Part shown: positions 1 to 11,044 of the stretch, one piece after another
Layout of the letters: every line of letters begins with the position of its first letter
Position numbering within the stretch: the stretch's first letter is position 1
From: Mobula hypostoma
Taxonomy: Eukaryota
Assembly (NCBI RefSeq): GCF_963921235.1
Contig: NC_086097.1
Location: 110,114,001 to 110,178,000 of the forward strand
Direction of reading: 5' to 3'
DNA: 64,000 nucleotides
Translations under genes and position numbers: made by a program
The notes under the pieces: model-generated
The model's input: the letters and a program-made list of their open reading frames with translations, nothing else
Database searches by the model: none
Told to the model about the DNA's origin: nothing

Positions 1-495
1 TTATTGTCATCTGACAGTACATATATATAGTCAAACAAAAGAACAACTCTCTGGATTACAGTGCACCCACAAAACATATATCACACACAGCACATAAACC
101 AAAATATTACCATAAATAAGTTAATAAAATATAATTCTAAGTGCACATAGTGGACAGTATTGTAAACAGGGAGCAGCTCGCTGTCCTGGTGATGAGACCT
201 CGGTGGTGGCAGGGTATTCACCACTCTCACAGCCTGAGGGAAGAAGTCTAGCAGTCTGTACTCTTGCTGATGGCAGTGGGATGGATGGTTATGATCCCCA
301 GCAATGCTCTGGGCCCTTTGTATACAATGCTGCAGGTAAATGACATAAAAAGAGGGGCAGGAGACCCTGATGATCCTCTCAGCAGTTTTTAACTATCCTC
401 TGTGGGGTCTTGGGGTCTTGTGCTCTGATGCCTTGTAGTTTCCATACTACACAATGAAGCAGCCAGACAGGACACTCTCAATGATGCTCAACGAT
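1..495 (-). mobile_element. Degraded Rex1/Babar-type LINE 3' fragment
   Basis: Resembles the 3' parts of the better-preserved minus-strand Rex1/Babar copies at 15770-16815 and 21555-22560 (e.g. 'gcagccagacaggacactctcaatg'); no intact ORF. Confidence 0.5.
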
Positions 496-559
496 GCTTC
501 CTCTGCCTCCAGGCACATTTTCCCCTTTATCCCTGAGCAGTCCTACCCTCACTCTAGTC

Positions 560-1505
560 ATGCTCACGTACAGGTAGAAAGCAATGGGATTTTCCTTAAA
601 ACCACTTTCAAAGGAATAGTGCAAAAAAAAGGTAATTTCATTCAGTGGTGTAAATGCTTAAAAAACATAAAGTAGCATCTTTGCCACAAATGTGGCTCCT
701 TGAAGTGAAACATTTTCATTGTTTGAAGGGCTTCCCCTCCTAACTCTGCCCCTCAATCTGCAGTAGCAGATGGAGCCTATACAGTGGTCCTTCACCACAG
801 AAATCTTCGCATCGGCTGCACCGAGCTTCGTTGTGTTCCTCAGCACTCAATCCTGCAGACTGAACGGTTCCAGTTGGTAACATTCCTTTACAGCATCTCA
901 CTGTCCTGGAAGACCACTAATTTTTAGGCAGATCAGAGCCCTACACTGAGATGATGACCTTCCCGCAGGACTTTACATCTGTTTCAGTGTGCGTTATGGG
1001 GAACAGCCTGGAGTTCAGTGTCTTTTGTTATGCAGCTGGTGGGGATGAACTAGGCTTTGGATCCTTTCATCCATCTCCACAATGTCTTACCAAACCCACG
1101 GTCACGAGAGAGTTGGGTGATTGTTTCTTCCCCACCACAGCTGTCCCAAGGGCAGTGTAGATTGGAAGTTATATGCCATCTGAAAAGGAAAGCTCCAACA
1201 GGAAAGGTACCTCTCACCACCAGCTAAACAAGGTCTTGGTGCTTGTTGGTCAGGTCCGTCAATGAGGCATTCTGCTCAGGGAACAAATGCAAAATCTGCA
1301 ATGTCTCTATCTGAAATGTTGGTAGTGTATTTTGCACTGACCATTGCCTGATGGACTTGTGGCCAAAGGTGTTTACCCAAAAGAACTTTTCCACGAAGGA
1401 CAAAAAGTGCAGCAACACCCAGTTGAATTGGGTGTTGTGAGGTAGAGGTGGTACGCTTACATTCCACAAAACCAGGGACATAATAATCCTATCCAATCTT
1501 AGCAT
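560..1505 (-). mobile_element. Degraded Tx1/L1-clade LINE, ORF2 C-terminal region
   Basis: Minus-strand peptides VEKFFWVNTFGHKSIRQWSVQN, LTNKHQDL and a decayed zinc knuckle (HCPWDSCGGEETITQL, ~1105-1160) resemble the Tx1 ORF2 C-terminus; multiple stops and frameshifts. Confidence 0.6.
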
Positions 1506-3090
1506 CAAGCTTCATTATACCTCCCTCTTCAATGGCAGCCCTCAGTCAGTTAGGATTGGTAACAGCATCTTGTCCTCATGGCCCATCAGCATGTGTACAT
1601 TGAGGCTGTGTGCTTAGTTCCCTGTTTTAGCTCCTATACACACGATTGTAAGCACTCCTCCAATGCCATATACAAATGAGCCAACAACAGCATCATTGTT
1701 GCCTGAACAAGTGAGATAAGATATCTGGGTGAGTGTGAGTGGTGATGCAACAACAAGCCCTCGATCATCATCAGTAGTACTAAACTAACTGATTGTTGAC
1801 TTGAGGAACATAGAACATAGAATAGTACAGCACATTACAGGCCCTTCGGCCCACAATGTTGGGCCAACCCTCAAACCCTGCCTCCCATATAAGCCCCCAC
1901 CTTAGATTCCTCCATATACTTGTCTAGTAGTCTCTTAAACTTCAGTAGTGTATCTGCCTCCACCACTGACTCAGGCAGTGCATTCCACGCACCAACCACT
2001 CTCTGAGTAAAAATCCTTCCTCTAATATCACCCTTGAACTTCCCACCTCTTACCTTAAAGCCATGTCCTCTTGTATTGAGCAGTGGTGCCCTGGGGAAGA
2101 GGTGCTGGCTATCCACTCTATCTATTCCTCTTATTATCTTGTATACCTCTATCATGTCTCCTCTCATCCTCCTTCTCTCCAAAGAGTAAAGCCCTAGCTC
2201 CCTTAATCTCTGATCATAATGCATACTCTCTAAACCAGGCAGAATCCTGGTAAATCTCCTCTGTACCCTTTCCAATGCTTCCACATCCTTCCTATAGTGA
2301 GGTGACCAGAACTGGACACAATACTCCAAGTGTGGCCTAACCAGAGTTTTATAGAGCTGCATGATTCCATCTTGACTCTTAAACTCTATCCCTCGACTTA
2401 TGAAAGCTAACACCCCATAAGCTTTCTTAACTACCCTATCCACCTGTGAGGCAACTTTCAGGGATCTGTGGACATGTACCCCGAGATCCCTCTGCTCCTC
2501 CACACTACCAAGAATCCTGCCATTTACTTTGTAAGGGGAAGGAGTCTACACTGGGGTATCAGTGGTAGAGATTGTCAGCAGCTTTAAGTTCCTGGGGGTT
2601 AACATATTGGATGACCTGTCCTAGGCCCAGCACATAAGTATAATCACAATGATTTTATTGCAAGTGACTTCATTTTCTTATTTTCTTAGGAGGTTTGGCA
2701 TGTGATTGAGCAATTAAACAAAACTCTATAGATGTACTGTTTAAAGTATCCTGATGAGTTGCATAGTGGTCTGATACAGCAACTTCAATGCACTGGAATG
2801 TAAGAAGCGGCATATAGTCGTGGACTCAGCCCATACACCATGGGCAAATCCCTCTTTACCATCTACAGCAGGGATTCACAACTTTCTTTTTGCCATGGAC
2901 CCCTATCATTAACCAAGGGGTCCATGGACTGCAGGTTGGGAACCCTGGAAGAATATCTACGCAAAATATTTCCTCAAGAAGACAACATCTGTCATCAAAA
3001 ATGCCCAGTAACCTGGCCATGCTATCTTTACACAGCTACCACTGACAAGCCTGAAGTTGCACTCTAGCAGCTTTAAGAGCAGTAATCAAT
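1506..3090 (+). mobile_element. Degraded Rex1/Babar RT fragment interrupted by a CR1 insertion
   Basis: Decayed versions of Rex1 RT segments ('ctgattgttgacttgagg' ... 'agctttaagttcctggggg') lie on both sides of the CR1 at 1807-2533. Confidence 0.55.
1807..2533 (-). mobile_element. Young CR1 LINE, 5'-truncated 3' end
   Basis: ORF 1871-2503 has the CR1 ORF2 C-terminal motifs LYKTLVRPHLEY, RRRMRGDMIEVYK and FTQRVVGAWN. Short tandem tail (agaacat)n at ~1807-1825. Nearly identical to the copy at 45157-45766. Confidence 0.9.
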
Positions 3091-3136
3091 AGAGTCTTGA
3101 ACTTTAATCATTATATTACAGACCACCCAACACTCC

Positions 3137-5655
3137 TTGGGATTTAGAGGAACACCTTTTAGAGAGATCGCAGACTGTTGCAAGAAACACAAGGTTGTTA
3201 TAGCAAGTGATTTTAACTTTCCACATATTGACTGGGAATCCCACATTGTAAAAAAAAACTGGATGGGATAGAGTTTGTCAAATGTGTTCTGGAAAGGTTC
3301 CTTCATCTGTATGTAGAAGTTCCATTGAGAGAGTATACGATTCCTGAACTGCTATTTGGGAATGAGACAGGGAAGGTGACAGAAGTTTGTGGAGGGGAAC
3401 ACTTTGCATCTAGTGAACAAAATGCTATTAGTTTCAAAGTAAATATGGAAAAAGATAGGTCTTGTCTGCAGGTTGAGATTCTAAATTGGAGAAAGGCTAG
3501 TTTTGATGCATCAGAAATTATTTGGCAAGTGTGGATTGGGACAGGCTGTTTTCTGGTGGAAGTGTACTTGGTAAGTGAGAGGCCTTCAAAAGTAAAATTT
3601 TGAAAGTACAAAGCTTGTATGTGCCTGTCAGAATAAAAGGTAAATATAACAACTGTGGGGAACTTTGGTTTTCAGGAGACATTGATGCCCTGATAAGAGA
3701 AAAAAAAGGAGGTGCATAGCAAATATAGGCAGGTATATCAAAATATATCAAAATATCATAGCAAATATATAGCAAATGAGGTGCTTATGGAGAATAATAG
3801 ATGCAAGAGAACATTGAAGAAAGAAATCAAGAGGGCTAAAAAAAGGCATGAAGTTGCTCTATCAGACAAGGTGAAGGAGAATTCTAAAGGATTCTACAAA
3901 CATGTTCAGAGCAAAGAGATTGCAAGGGACAAAACTGGTTGTCTGGAAGATCAGAATGGTAATCCATGTGTGGAGCCAAGAGAGATGGGGGAGATCTTAA
4001 ATAATTTTTTTTTTGTATCTGTATGTCCTCAGGAGAAGAACACAGAATCTATAGAAATGGTATAAAGCAGCGTCAACTTCATGGGCCCTGTACAGATTAC
4101 AGGGCAGGAGGTCTTTGTTATACAGAAGCAAATCATGTTGGATAAGTCTCCAGGCCTAACAAGGTCTTCCCTCCGCCCCTACAGGAGGGAAGTGCAAAAA
4201 TTGTCAGGGCTCTAGCAGAGATATTTAGATCATCCTTAGTGACAAGAGAGGTACCAGAGGATTATAAGACAGCTAATGTTGTTCCACTGTTTAAAAATGG
4301 TTATAAACATAAACCAGGAAATTATAGGCCAGTAAGTCTGACATCGGCTGTGGGAAAGTTTTGGAAAGTATTCTAAGGGACCAGATGTATAATTATTTGG
4401 ACAGACTTGGCCTTATTAAGGATAGTCAGCATGGCTTTGTATGTGGTAGGTCACGTCTAACCAATCTTATAGAGTTTTTCAAGTAAGTTACCAGGAAATT
4501 GGATGAAGGCAAGGCAGTGGAAGTTGTCTACATGGACTTCAGCAAGGTACTTGACAAGTTCCCGCATGAGAGGTTGGTCAAGAAGTTTTGGTTGCTTAAC
4601 ATTCAAGATGAGGTAGTAAACTGGACTAGACCCAGAGAATGGTAGTAGATGGTTAAATCTTTGACTAGAGGCCTGTGACTAGTGGTGTGCCCCAGGAATC
4701 AGTGTTGGGTCATTTGTCGTTTGTCATCTATATCAATGATCAGGATGATAATGTGGTTAACAGAATCAGCAAATCTGTGATGACAACAAGCTTGTGGGTT
4801 GTGGTGGATAGTGAGGAAGGTTATCGTGGCTGCCAAGGGGATCTGCTTCATATGGAAAAATGAGCAGATGGAATTTAATAGAGACAAGTGCAAGGAGTTG
4901 CACTTTGGTAGGATCAACCAGTTCTTACACGGTGAATGGTAGGGCACTGAGGAGCGTGGTAGAACAAAGATATCCGGAAATACAGGCCCATAATTTGTTG
5001 ACATTGGTGCCACAGGTACATAGGGTTGTAAAACATTTTGGCCTTCATAAAACAATGCATTGAGTACAGGAGTTGGGACATTATGTTGAAGTTGTATATG
5101 ACATTGGTGAGGCCTTTATTTGAAGTATTATGTACAGTTTTGGCCACCTACCAACAGGAAAGATGTAAATCAGATTGAAAGAGTACAGAGAAAGTTTATA
5201 AGGATGTTTCCAGGTCTGGAGGACCTGAGTTAAAAGGAAAGATTGAATTGGCTAGGACCGTATTCCTTACAATATCAAAGATTGAGACTTGATAGAGGTA
5301 TACAAAATTATGGGGGTTATAGATGGTGTAAATGCAAGCAAGCTTTTCCACTGAGGTTGGGTGGGACTACAACCAGAGATCATGGGGTAAGGGGTCAAAG
5401 TTTAAGGGGAACATCAGGAGAAAATTCCTCACTCAGAGAGTTTTGATAGTGTGGAATGAGCTGTCAGCGCAATAGGTGCAAGTGAGCTCGATTTCAACAT
5501 TTAACTGAAGTTTGGATAGGTACATGGATGAAAGGGTCATGGAGAGCTATGGTCCCGGTGCAGGTCAATGGGCGTAGGTAATTTAAATGGTTTTGGCATG
5601 GACTAGATGGGCCAAAGGGCCTGTTTCTGTGCTATACTTCACAATGACCCTTTGA
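3137..5655 (+). mobile_element. Older CR1 LINE ORF2 (endonuclease end plus RT), pseudogenised
   Basis: Fragmented peptides SDFNFPHIDW, NYRPVSLTS, QHGF, GVPQESVLG and the CR1 3' end ('gggcctgtttctgtgct'); many stops. Confidence 0.85.
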
Positions 5656-6762
5656 CTACCTCGGTAAAACAACACAATGACCACTTGACACTACAATAGA
5701 CTTTGTTTATTTTGTTTGAATTGTGTTCTTTCTTGTATAATTTTCTTTAATTTATGTTTAATTGATGTTTTTCTGGTCAATGCTGCTTATATGGCACACT
5801 GTGCCTGTGATACTGCAGCAAGTAAAACTACTCATGTGCATACATGTACTTGTGCATATGAAAATAAACTTGACTTTGACTTTATTGATAATGACTTGGT
5901 ATCTGGTGGCCAAGATGTGGCAAGAGAACAATAATGGTTTATTTGCATAGAGTAAAAACCATTCAGGAGTGAGGACTTCTCAGCTTCAAGGAAGGAAACA
6001 TTAAGAAAAACTTAAGGTAGAAACTGGGATTATGACACTTGAAAAAATGGTAATTGCTGTAGTGTTTCATAGATACATCAACCTATGCGATTAAAAACAA
6101 AACAAATTGCAAATTCTGGACATGAGAAAGTCTACAGATGCTGGAAAGCCAAAGCAACATGCACAAAATGCTGGAGGGAATCAACAGGCCAGGCAGTATC
6201 AATGGAAAAGAGTGAACAGTTGACGTTTCAAACCAAGACGTCAAGACCCTTCTTCAGGAGGGAGCACTTCCTGCAAATTCTGGAAAGCTGCAATATCAGT
6301 AAAATGCTGGAAATGCTGAAAGTAGTCAGCATTTCTGACCATAATTTTGGAGAGAGAAATAAAGTTAATGTTTCAGATTGATAGTTATGTATAGAGAAAA
6401 TAACACTTCAATGCAGGATAAGAGATTTCTCATTTGTAAAATCTATTGGAGAGTTCACTCATTGGTTTTATTAATAACACGAGTGCATACCGTACCACTG
6501 TTAAAATGAGGTTTTATTCAAATGTTGTTTATGTTGGGGCTTTCAAAGAGGATTACTGGTGTACACACAATGCCAAGTTTTTCTTTTGATATCAATGACA
6601 TGCCTACATATTGTTTAATTCTATCATTTTTCTATTGATAAAACTGGTAATTTAAGGGTGACACAAACAACAGGAATTCTGCAGATGCTGGAAATTCAAG
6701 CAATATACATCAAAGTTGCTGGTGAACGCAGCAGGCCAAGCAGCATCTATAGGAAGAGGCGC

Positions 6763-6798
6763 AGTCGACGTTTCAGGCCGAGACCCTTCATCAGGACT
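6763..6798 (-). ncRNA. Minimal type I hammerhead ribozyme motif in the Penelope pseudo-LTR
   Basis: Sense strand reads AGUC-CUGAUGA-AGG(GUCUCGG)CCU-GAAA-CGUC-GACU: stem I AGUC/GACU, CUGANGA and GAAA core boxes, stem II AGG/CCU, GUC cleavage triplet. Confidence 0.8.
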
Positions 6799-7095
6799 AA
6801 CTGAAGGAAGAGTGAGTAAGGGATTTGAAAGCTGGAGGGGGAGGGGGACATGCAAAATGATAGGAGAAGACAGGAGGGGGAGGGATCGAGCCAAGAGCTG
6901 GACAGGTGATCGGCAAAAGGGGATACGAGAGGATCATGGGACAGGAGGTCCGGGAAGAAAGACAAGGGGGAGGGGGTGACCCAGAGGATGGGCAAGAGGT
7001 ATATTCAGAGGGACAGAGGGAGAAAAAGGAGAGTGAGAGAAAGAATGTGTGCATAAAAATGAGTAACAGATGGGGTACGAGGGGGAGATGGGGCC

Positions 7096-8497
7096 TTAGC
7101 GGAAGTTAGAGAAGTCAATGTTCATGCCATCAGGTTGGAGGCTACCCAGACGGAATATAAGGTGTTGTTCCTCCAACCTGAGTGTGGCTTCATCTTTACA
7201 GTAGAGGAGGCCTTGGATAGACATGTCAGAATGGGAATGGGATGTGGAATTAAAATGTGTGGCCACTGGGAGATCCTGCTTTCTCTGGCGGACAGAGCGT
7301 AGATGTTCAGCAAAGCGGTCTCCCAGTCTGCGTCGGGTCTCACCAATATATAAAAGGCCACATCGGGAGCACCGGACGCAGTATATCACCCCAGTCGACT
7401 CACAGGTGAAGTGATGCCTCACCTGGAAGGACTGTTTGGGGCCCTGAATGGTGGTAAGGGAGGAAGTGTAAGGGCATGTGTAGCACTTGTTCCGCTTACA
7501 TGGTTAAGTGCCAGGAGGGAGATCAGTGGGGAGGGATGGGGGGGACAAATGGGCAAGGGAGTTGTGTAGGGAGCGATCCCTGCGGAATGCAGAGGGGGGG
7601 GGAGGGAAAGATGTGCTTAGTGGTGGGATCCCGTTGGAGGTGGCGGAAGTTACGGAGAATAATATGTTGGACCCGGAGGCTGGTGGGGTGGTAGGTGAGG
7701 ACCAGGGGAACCCTATTCCTAGTGGGGTGGTGGGAGGATAGAGTGAGAGCAGATGTACGTGAAATGGGGGAGATGCGTTTAAGAGCAGAGTTGATAGTGG
7801 AGGAAGGGAAGCCCCTTTCTTTAAAAAATGAAGACATCTCCCTCGTCCTAGAATGAAAAGCCTCATCATGAGAGCAGATGCAGCGGAGATGGAGGAATTG
7901 CGAGAAGGGGATGGCGTTTTTGCAAGAGACAGGGTGAGAAGAGGAATAGTCCAGATAGCTGTGAGAGTCAGTAGGCTTATAGTAGACATCAGTGGATAAG
8001 CTGTCTCCAGAGACAGAGACAGAAAGATCTAGAAAGGGGAGGGAGGTATCGGAAATGGACCAGGCAAACTTGAGGGCAGGGTGAAAGTTGGAGGCAAAGT
8101 TAATAAAGTCAACAAGTTCTGCATGCGTGCAGGAAGCAGCGCCAATGCAGTCGTTGATGTAGCGAAGGAAAAGTGGGGGACAGATACCAGAATAGGCACG
8201 GAACATAGATTGTTCCACAAACCCAACAAAAAGGCAGGCATAGCTAGGACCCATACGGGTGCCCATAGCTACACCTTTAGTTTGGAGGAAATGGGAGGAG
8301 CAAAAGGAGAAATTATTAAGAGTAAGGACTATTTCCGCTAGACGGAGCAGAGTGGTGGTAGAGGGGAACTGATTAGGTCTGGAATCCAAAAAGAAGCGTA
8401 GAGCTTTGAGACCTTCCTGATGGGGGATGGAAGTATATAAGGACTGGACATCCATGGTGAAAATAAAGCGGTGGGGGCCAGGGAACTTAAAATCATC
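7096..8497 (-). pseudogene. Penelope-like RT plus GIY-YIG endonuclease (truncated, frameshifted)
   Basis: RT motifs MDVQSLYTSIP, GVAMGTRMGPSYA, RYIND (YIDD with D>N) and YYKPTDSHSYLDYSSSHP. GIY-YIG motifs GVIYCVRCSRCGLLYIGET and EEQHLIFRLGSLQPDGMN. Frame break near 7590. Confidence 0.9.
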
Positions 8498-8523
8498 ATC
8501 GCTTACTCACTCTTCCTTCAGTT

Positions 8524-8559
8524 AGTCCTGACGAAGGGTCTCGGCCTGAAACGTCGACT
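8524..8559 (+). ncRNA. Minimal hammerhead ribozyme motif (inverted pseudo-LTR copy)
   Basis: agtc-ctgacga-agggtctcggcct-gaaa-cgtc-gact, with an intact core. Confidence 0.8.
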
Positions 8560-8653
8560 GCGCCTCTTCCTATAGATGCTGCTTGGCCTGCTGCGTTCAC
8601 CAGCAACTTTGATTTAAGGGTGACAGATGGTTTTGCTTCATTGTTGTTCTAAA

Positions 8654-9539
8654 TGTAACGCTCAGCTATATTGGCTGGTATACGTCTAGGGGAAATCCCG
8701 CCCGGCACCGGCCTGAACGCTTCCCGCTGGGTCGGTTGCTGTACCACTGCCACCCAAATCAATTCCAAATTCAATCATCAGCCAGCACACACAGTACGTT
8801 TTACCAAGTACACTTTATAGCTATTACTAAGTCTGTGAAATTAATATCAGTTTGACACAGAAAAGTAAGTAATGGGGAAAAAAGGCGCCAGACTTATCAA
8901 AGTCCAAGTTCTTTGTGCACAAGTTGGAGCTCAGAAATTCCTGACAAGCACCCGGATCCCGTCGACTCGCAGCTGGGGACCGCCCGGGCCCCGTCGACTC
9001 ACGGCTGGGGACCGCCCGGAGTGATTGACCAGAGCCTTTCCGCCCTTCCGCCGTCCTCCCCGTCTCTCCTCCGACTCTCCGTCTCTCCCCCGACTCCCCG
9101 TCTCTCCTCTGACTCCCCGCCAAAACCCCCGTCCACCATCCTCCCCGACTCTCCTCCGACTCCCTGCCAAAACCCCCGTCCACTGTCCTCCCCATCTCTC
9201 CTCCAACTCCCCGCCAAAACCCCCGTCCACCATCCTCCCCGTCTCTCCTCCGACTCCCCGCCAAAAACCCGTCTGCCGTCCTCTCCATCTCTCATCTGAT
9301 TCCCCGCCAAAAACCCTGTTCACAGTCATCTGAGACAGCATTATCAGCCTAAGAAATGATAACGTGAATACCCATTGGCTAATAGCACCCTGCTGTCTGT
9401 ATTAACCCAAGCAAATGTCCAGCTGGAGACTTTCTCAGCATTTAACATAACATGGAAGCCATTTTAATCCACATACGCAGCAATTTAAAAGATTAAATTT
9501 ACATTTTAAATTTAACATAAAAAGAAGAGACCTCGTACA
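8654..9539 (-). mobile_element. Solo LTR (~886 bp), probably Gypsy-type
   Basis: Begins TGTA, ends TACA, flanked by the 4-bp direct repeat TAAA (8650-8653, 9540-9543). CpG-rich relative to the flanks, with no coding region. Strand is tentative. Confidence 0.7.
9056..9320. repeat. 47-bp C-rich minisatellite (~4.7 copies) preceded by 19-bp subunit repeats
   Basis: Unit ctccccgtctctcctccgactccccgccaaaacccccgtccaccatc starts at 9094, 9141, 9188, 9235 and 9282. Confidence 0.9.
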
Positions 9540-9968
9540 TAAATAAGCCCTGTACATTCTTTCTTTAAGTGATACTGTATCAGATTCACTGTCGTTGTGG
9601 AGTGGCTTTCTTCAGTCTATTGTTCAGCTGAGGTATCCCAACTTTACCGCCAATCTTGCAGCAAATTCACCTCAGTTTTATGTATCATAGTCAATGATAA
9701 TTAAAGCTGTATGACAATCACATATTAATCCCCGTTCTAATATTAAGCATTCTTCAATTTTTTTCTCCCAGATCATGTGAAAAAATAATAATGAAGTGGC
9801 CATCATTCCCCACCATCGGTGGCAGCTTCCACTTTCCTTGCTGGTACATGAGAAGCTGCTACAAACCAAACTCCATTAGAGAGTTCCAGTTGGTGCTACC
9901 GAAGGCATGTGACAGATTACTAGGGGTGCTAAAGCAAAGAAAGTCTATTAAAAACATTAGTAATAACA

Positions 9969-10124
9969 AAAACAACAGGAATTCTGCAGATGCTGGAAAT
10001 TCAAGCAACACACATCATTCGTCAGGACTAAGACGAAGGGTCCCAGCCTGAAATGTCAACTGTACCTCTTCCTAGAGACGCTGCCTGGCCTGCTGCGTTC
10101 ATCAGCAACTTTGATGTGTGTTGC
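9969..10124. mobile_element. Miniature Penelope-like insertion (156 bp), inverted termini only
   Basis: Left part matches 6665-6712 and right part matches 8530-8611 of the larger element. 12-bp direct repeat TTAGTAATAACA at 9957-9968 and 10125-10136. Confidence 0.88.
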
Positions 10125-10149
10125 TTAGTAATAACACTTTTTTTGAAGT

Positions 10150-10870
10150 AAATTGTGGTAAATTATCACCACAAACAATGAAGAGACGAGCAAAGGCAAA
10201 GCGGATTCAAGCCATGCTGGTGCGCTGCAAAATTGACACACTTGGAGCTTGAGCTGGGCTGGTTGGTGTGAACAATTCAGGGAAGAGGAGAAGCCAAGGA
10301 GTTCCGATGCCCCTCCAACTAAACTGCGTGTGAGGGTAGATCACTCTAAGCGCCTAGCCGATTTGGAGAGGTCAAAACTGGCTTCTTCGGGAGCAAAATC
10401 TAGGCCTGAAGTTGGGCGGTTTGTTCCAGGTCCAAAGCAATGCACCATGGTGGAGCCTGGGTACTAACGCGAGGTATGATCCACTGGCCCAGATAGTCTG
10501 GAGTCTCCTCTCTCCTTAACACTAAGACTGTGAGACTCTCTCAGGCTGCTGTGCTTCGTGTCTGTGAACTTTATGATGATTTGCCTCGCTAATATGATGA
10601 ACAGAATACCAAGGATTTGGGCCTACTCTGGGCTGCTCTGGGAATTTGGATCTAAGGACTCAGTTTGGTTCAGAATGACGTTCTTGTTGCTCACTTCTAT
10701 TGTTTGCATGATTTGTGTTTTTTCTCTTTATCTGCACATTGGGTGTTGGCCTTTATTTTTTTAATTGGGTTCTTTCTGGTTTCTTGCTTTGTGGCTGCCT
10801 GTAAGCAGGCAAATCACAAGGTTGTATAATTTATACATTCTTTGATAATAAATGTACTTTGAACTTTGTG
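10150..10870 (+). mobile_element. Unclassified non-LTR repeat ending in a Rex1-like 3' tail
   Basis: GC-richer than the flanks; ends 'ttgataataaatgtactttgaactttg', similar to the tail at ~45860-45885. Confidence 0.4.
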
Positions 10871-11044
10871 TTCTGATACTAGATGCCTTATTGCCTAAGA
10901 GCAGAAACAACTGGCCTTTTCCCTTATTGTTGTAGAAGTGAAAGGCTTAAGAGATAAGTTAATGTGCAGTTAATATAAGGAAAACCCTTAAGCTAATTAA
11001 CTTCTGAAAACTGAATTCCCAAATGGTAAGGTTACATCTCATGG

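Larger units (their letters stand above)
6664..8611 (-). mobile_element. Penelope-like element (Neptune-type), 5'-truncated, with an inverted copy of its 3' end
   Basis: Encodes RT and GIY-YIG ORFs. 8502-8611 is the reverse complement of ~6710-6820. Flanked by a 14-bp direct repeat ATTTAAGGGTGACA (6650-6663 and 8612-8625). Confidence 0.93.

Noticed and set aside
6215..6260. Additional hammerhead-like remnants (also ~14078-14112, ~14815-14852, 28266-28300, 38011-38046, ~42182-42217)
   Set aside because: Core boxes are mutated, so they are not called as functional ribozymes.
8827..9341. Pro/Ser-rich and Gly/Arg-rich ORFs on both strands
   Set aside because: Products of the 47-bp GC-rich minisatellite.
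9759..9930. Splice-acceptor-like ttttttctcccag followed by an open frame
   Set aside because: No convincing donor, no recognisable protein, and no partner exons; would need RNA-seq.
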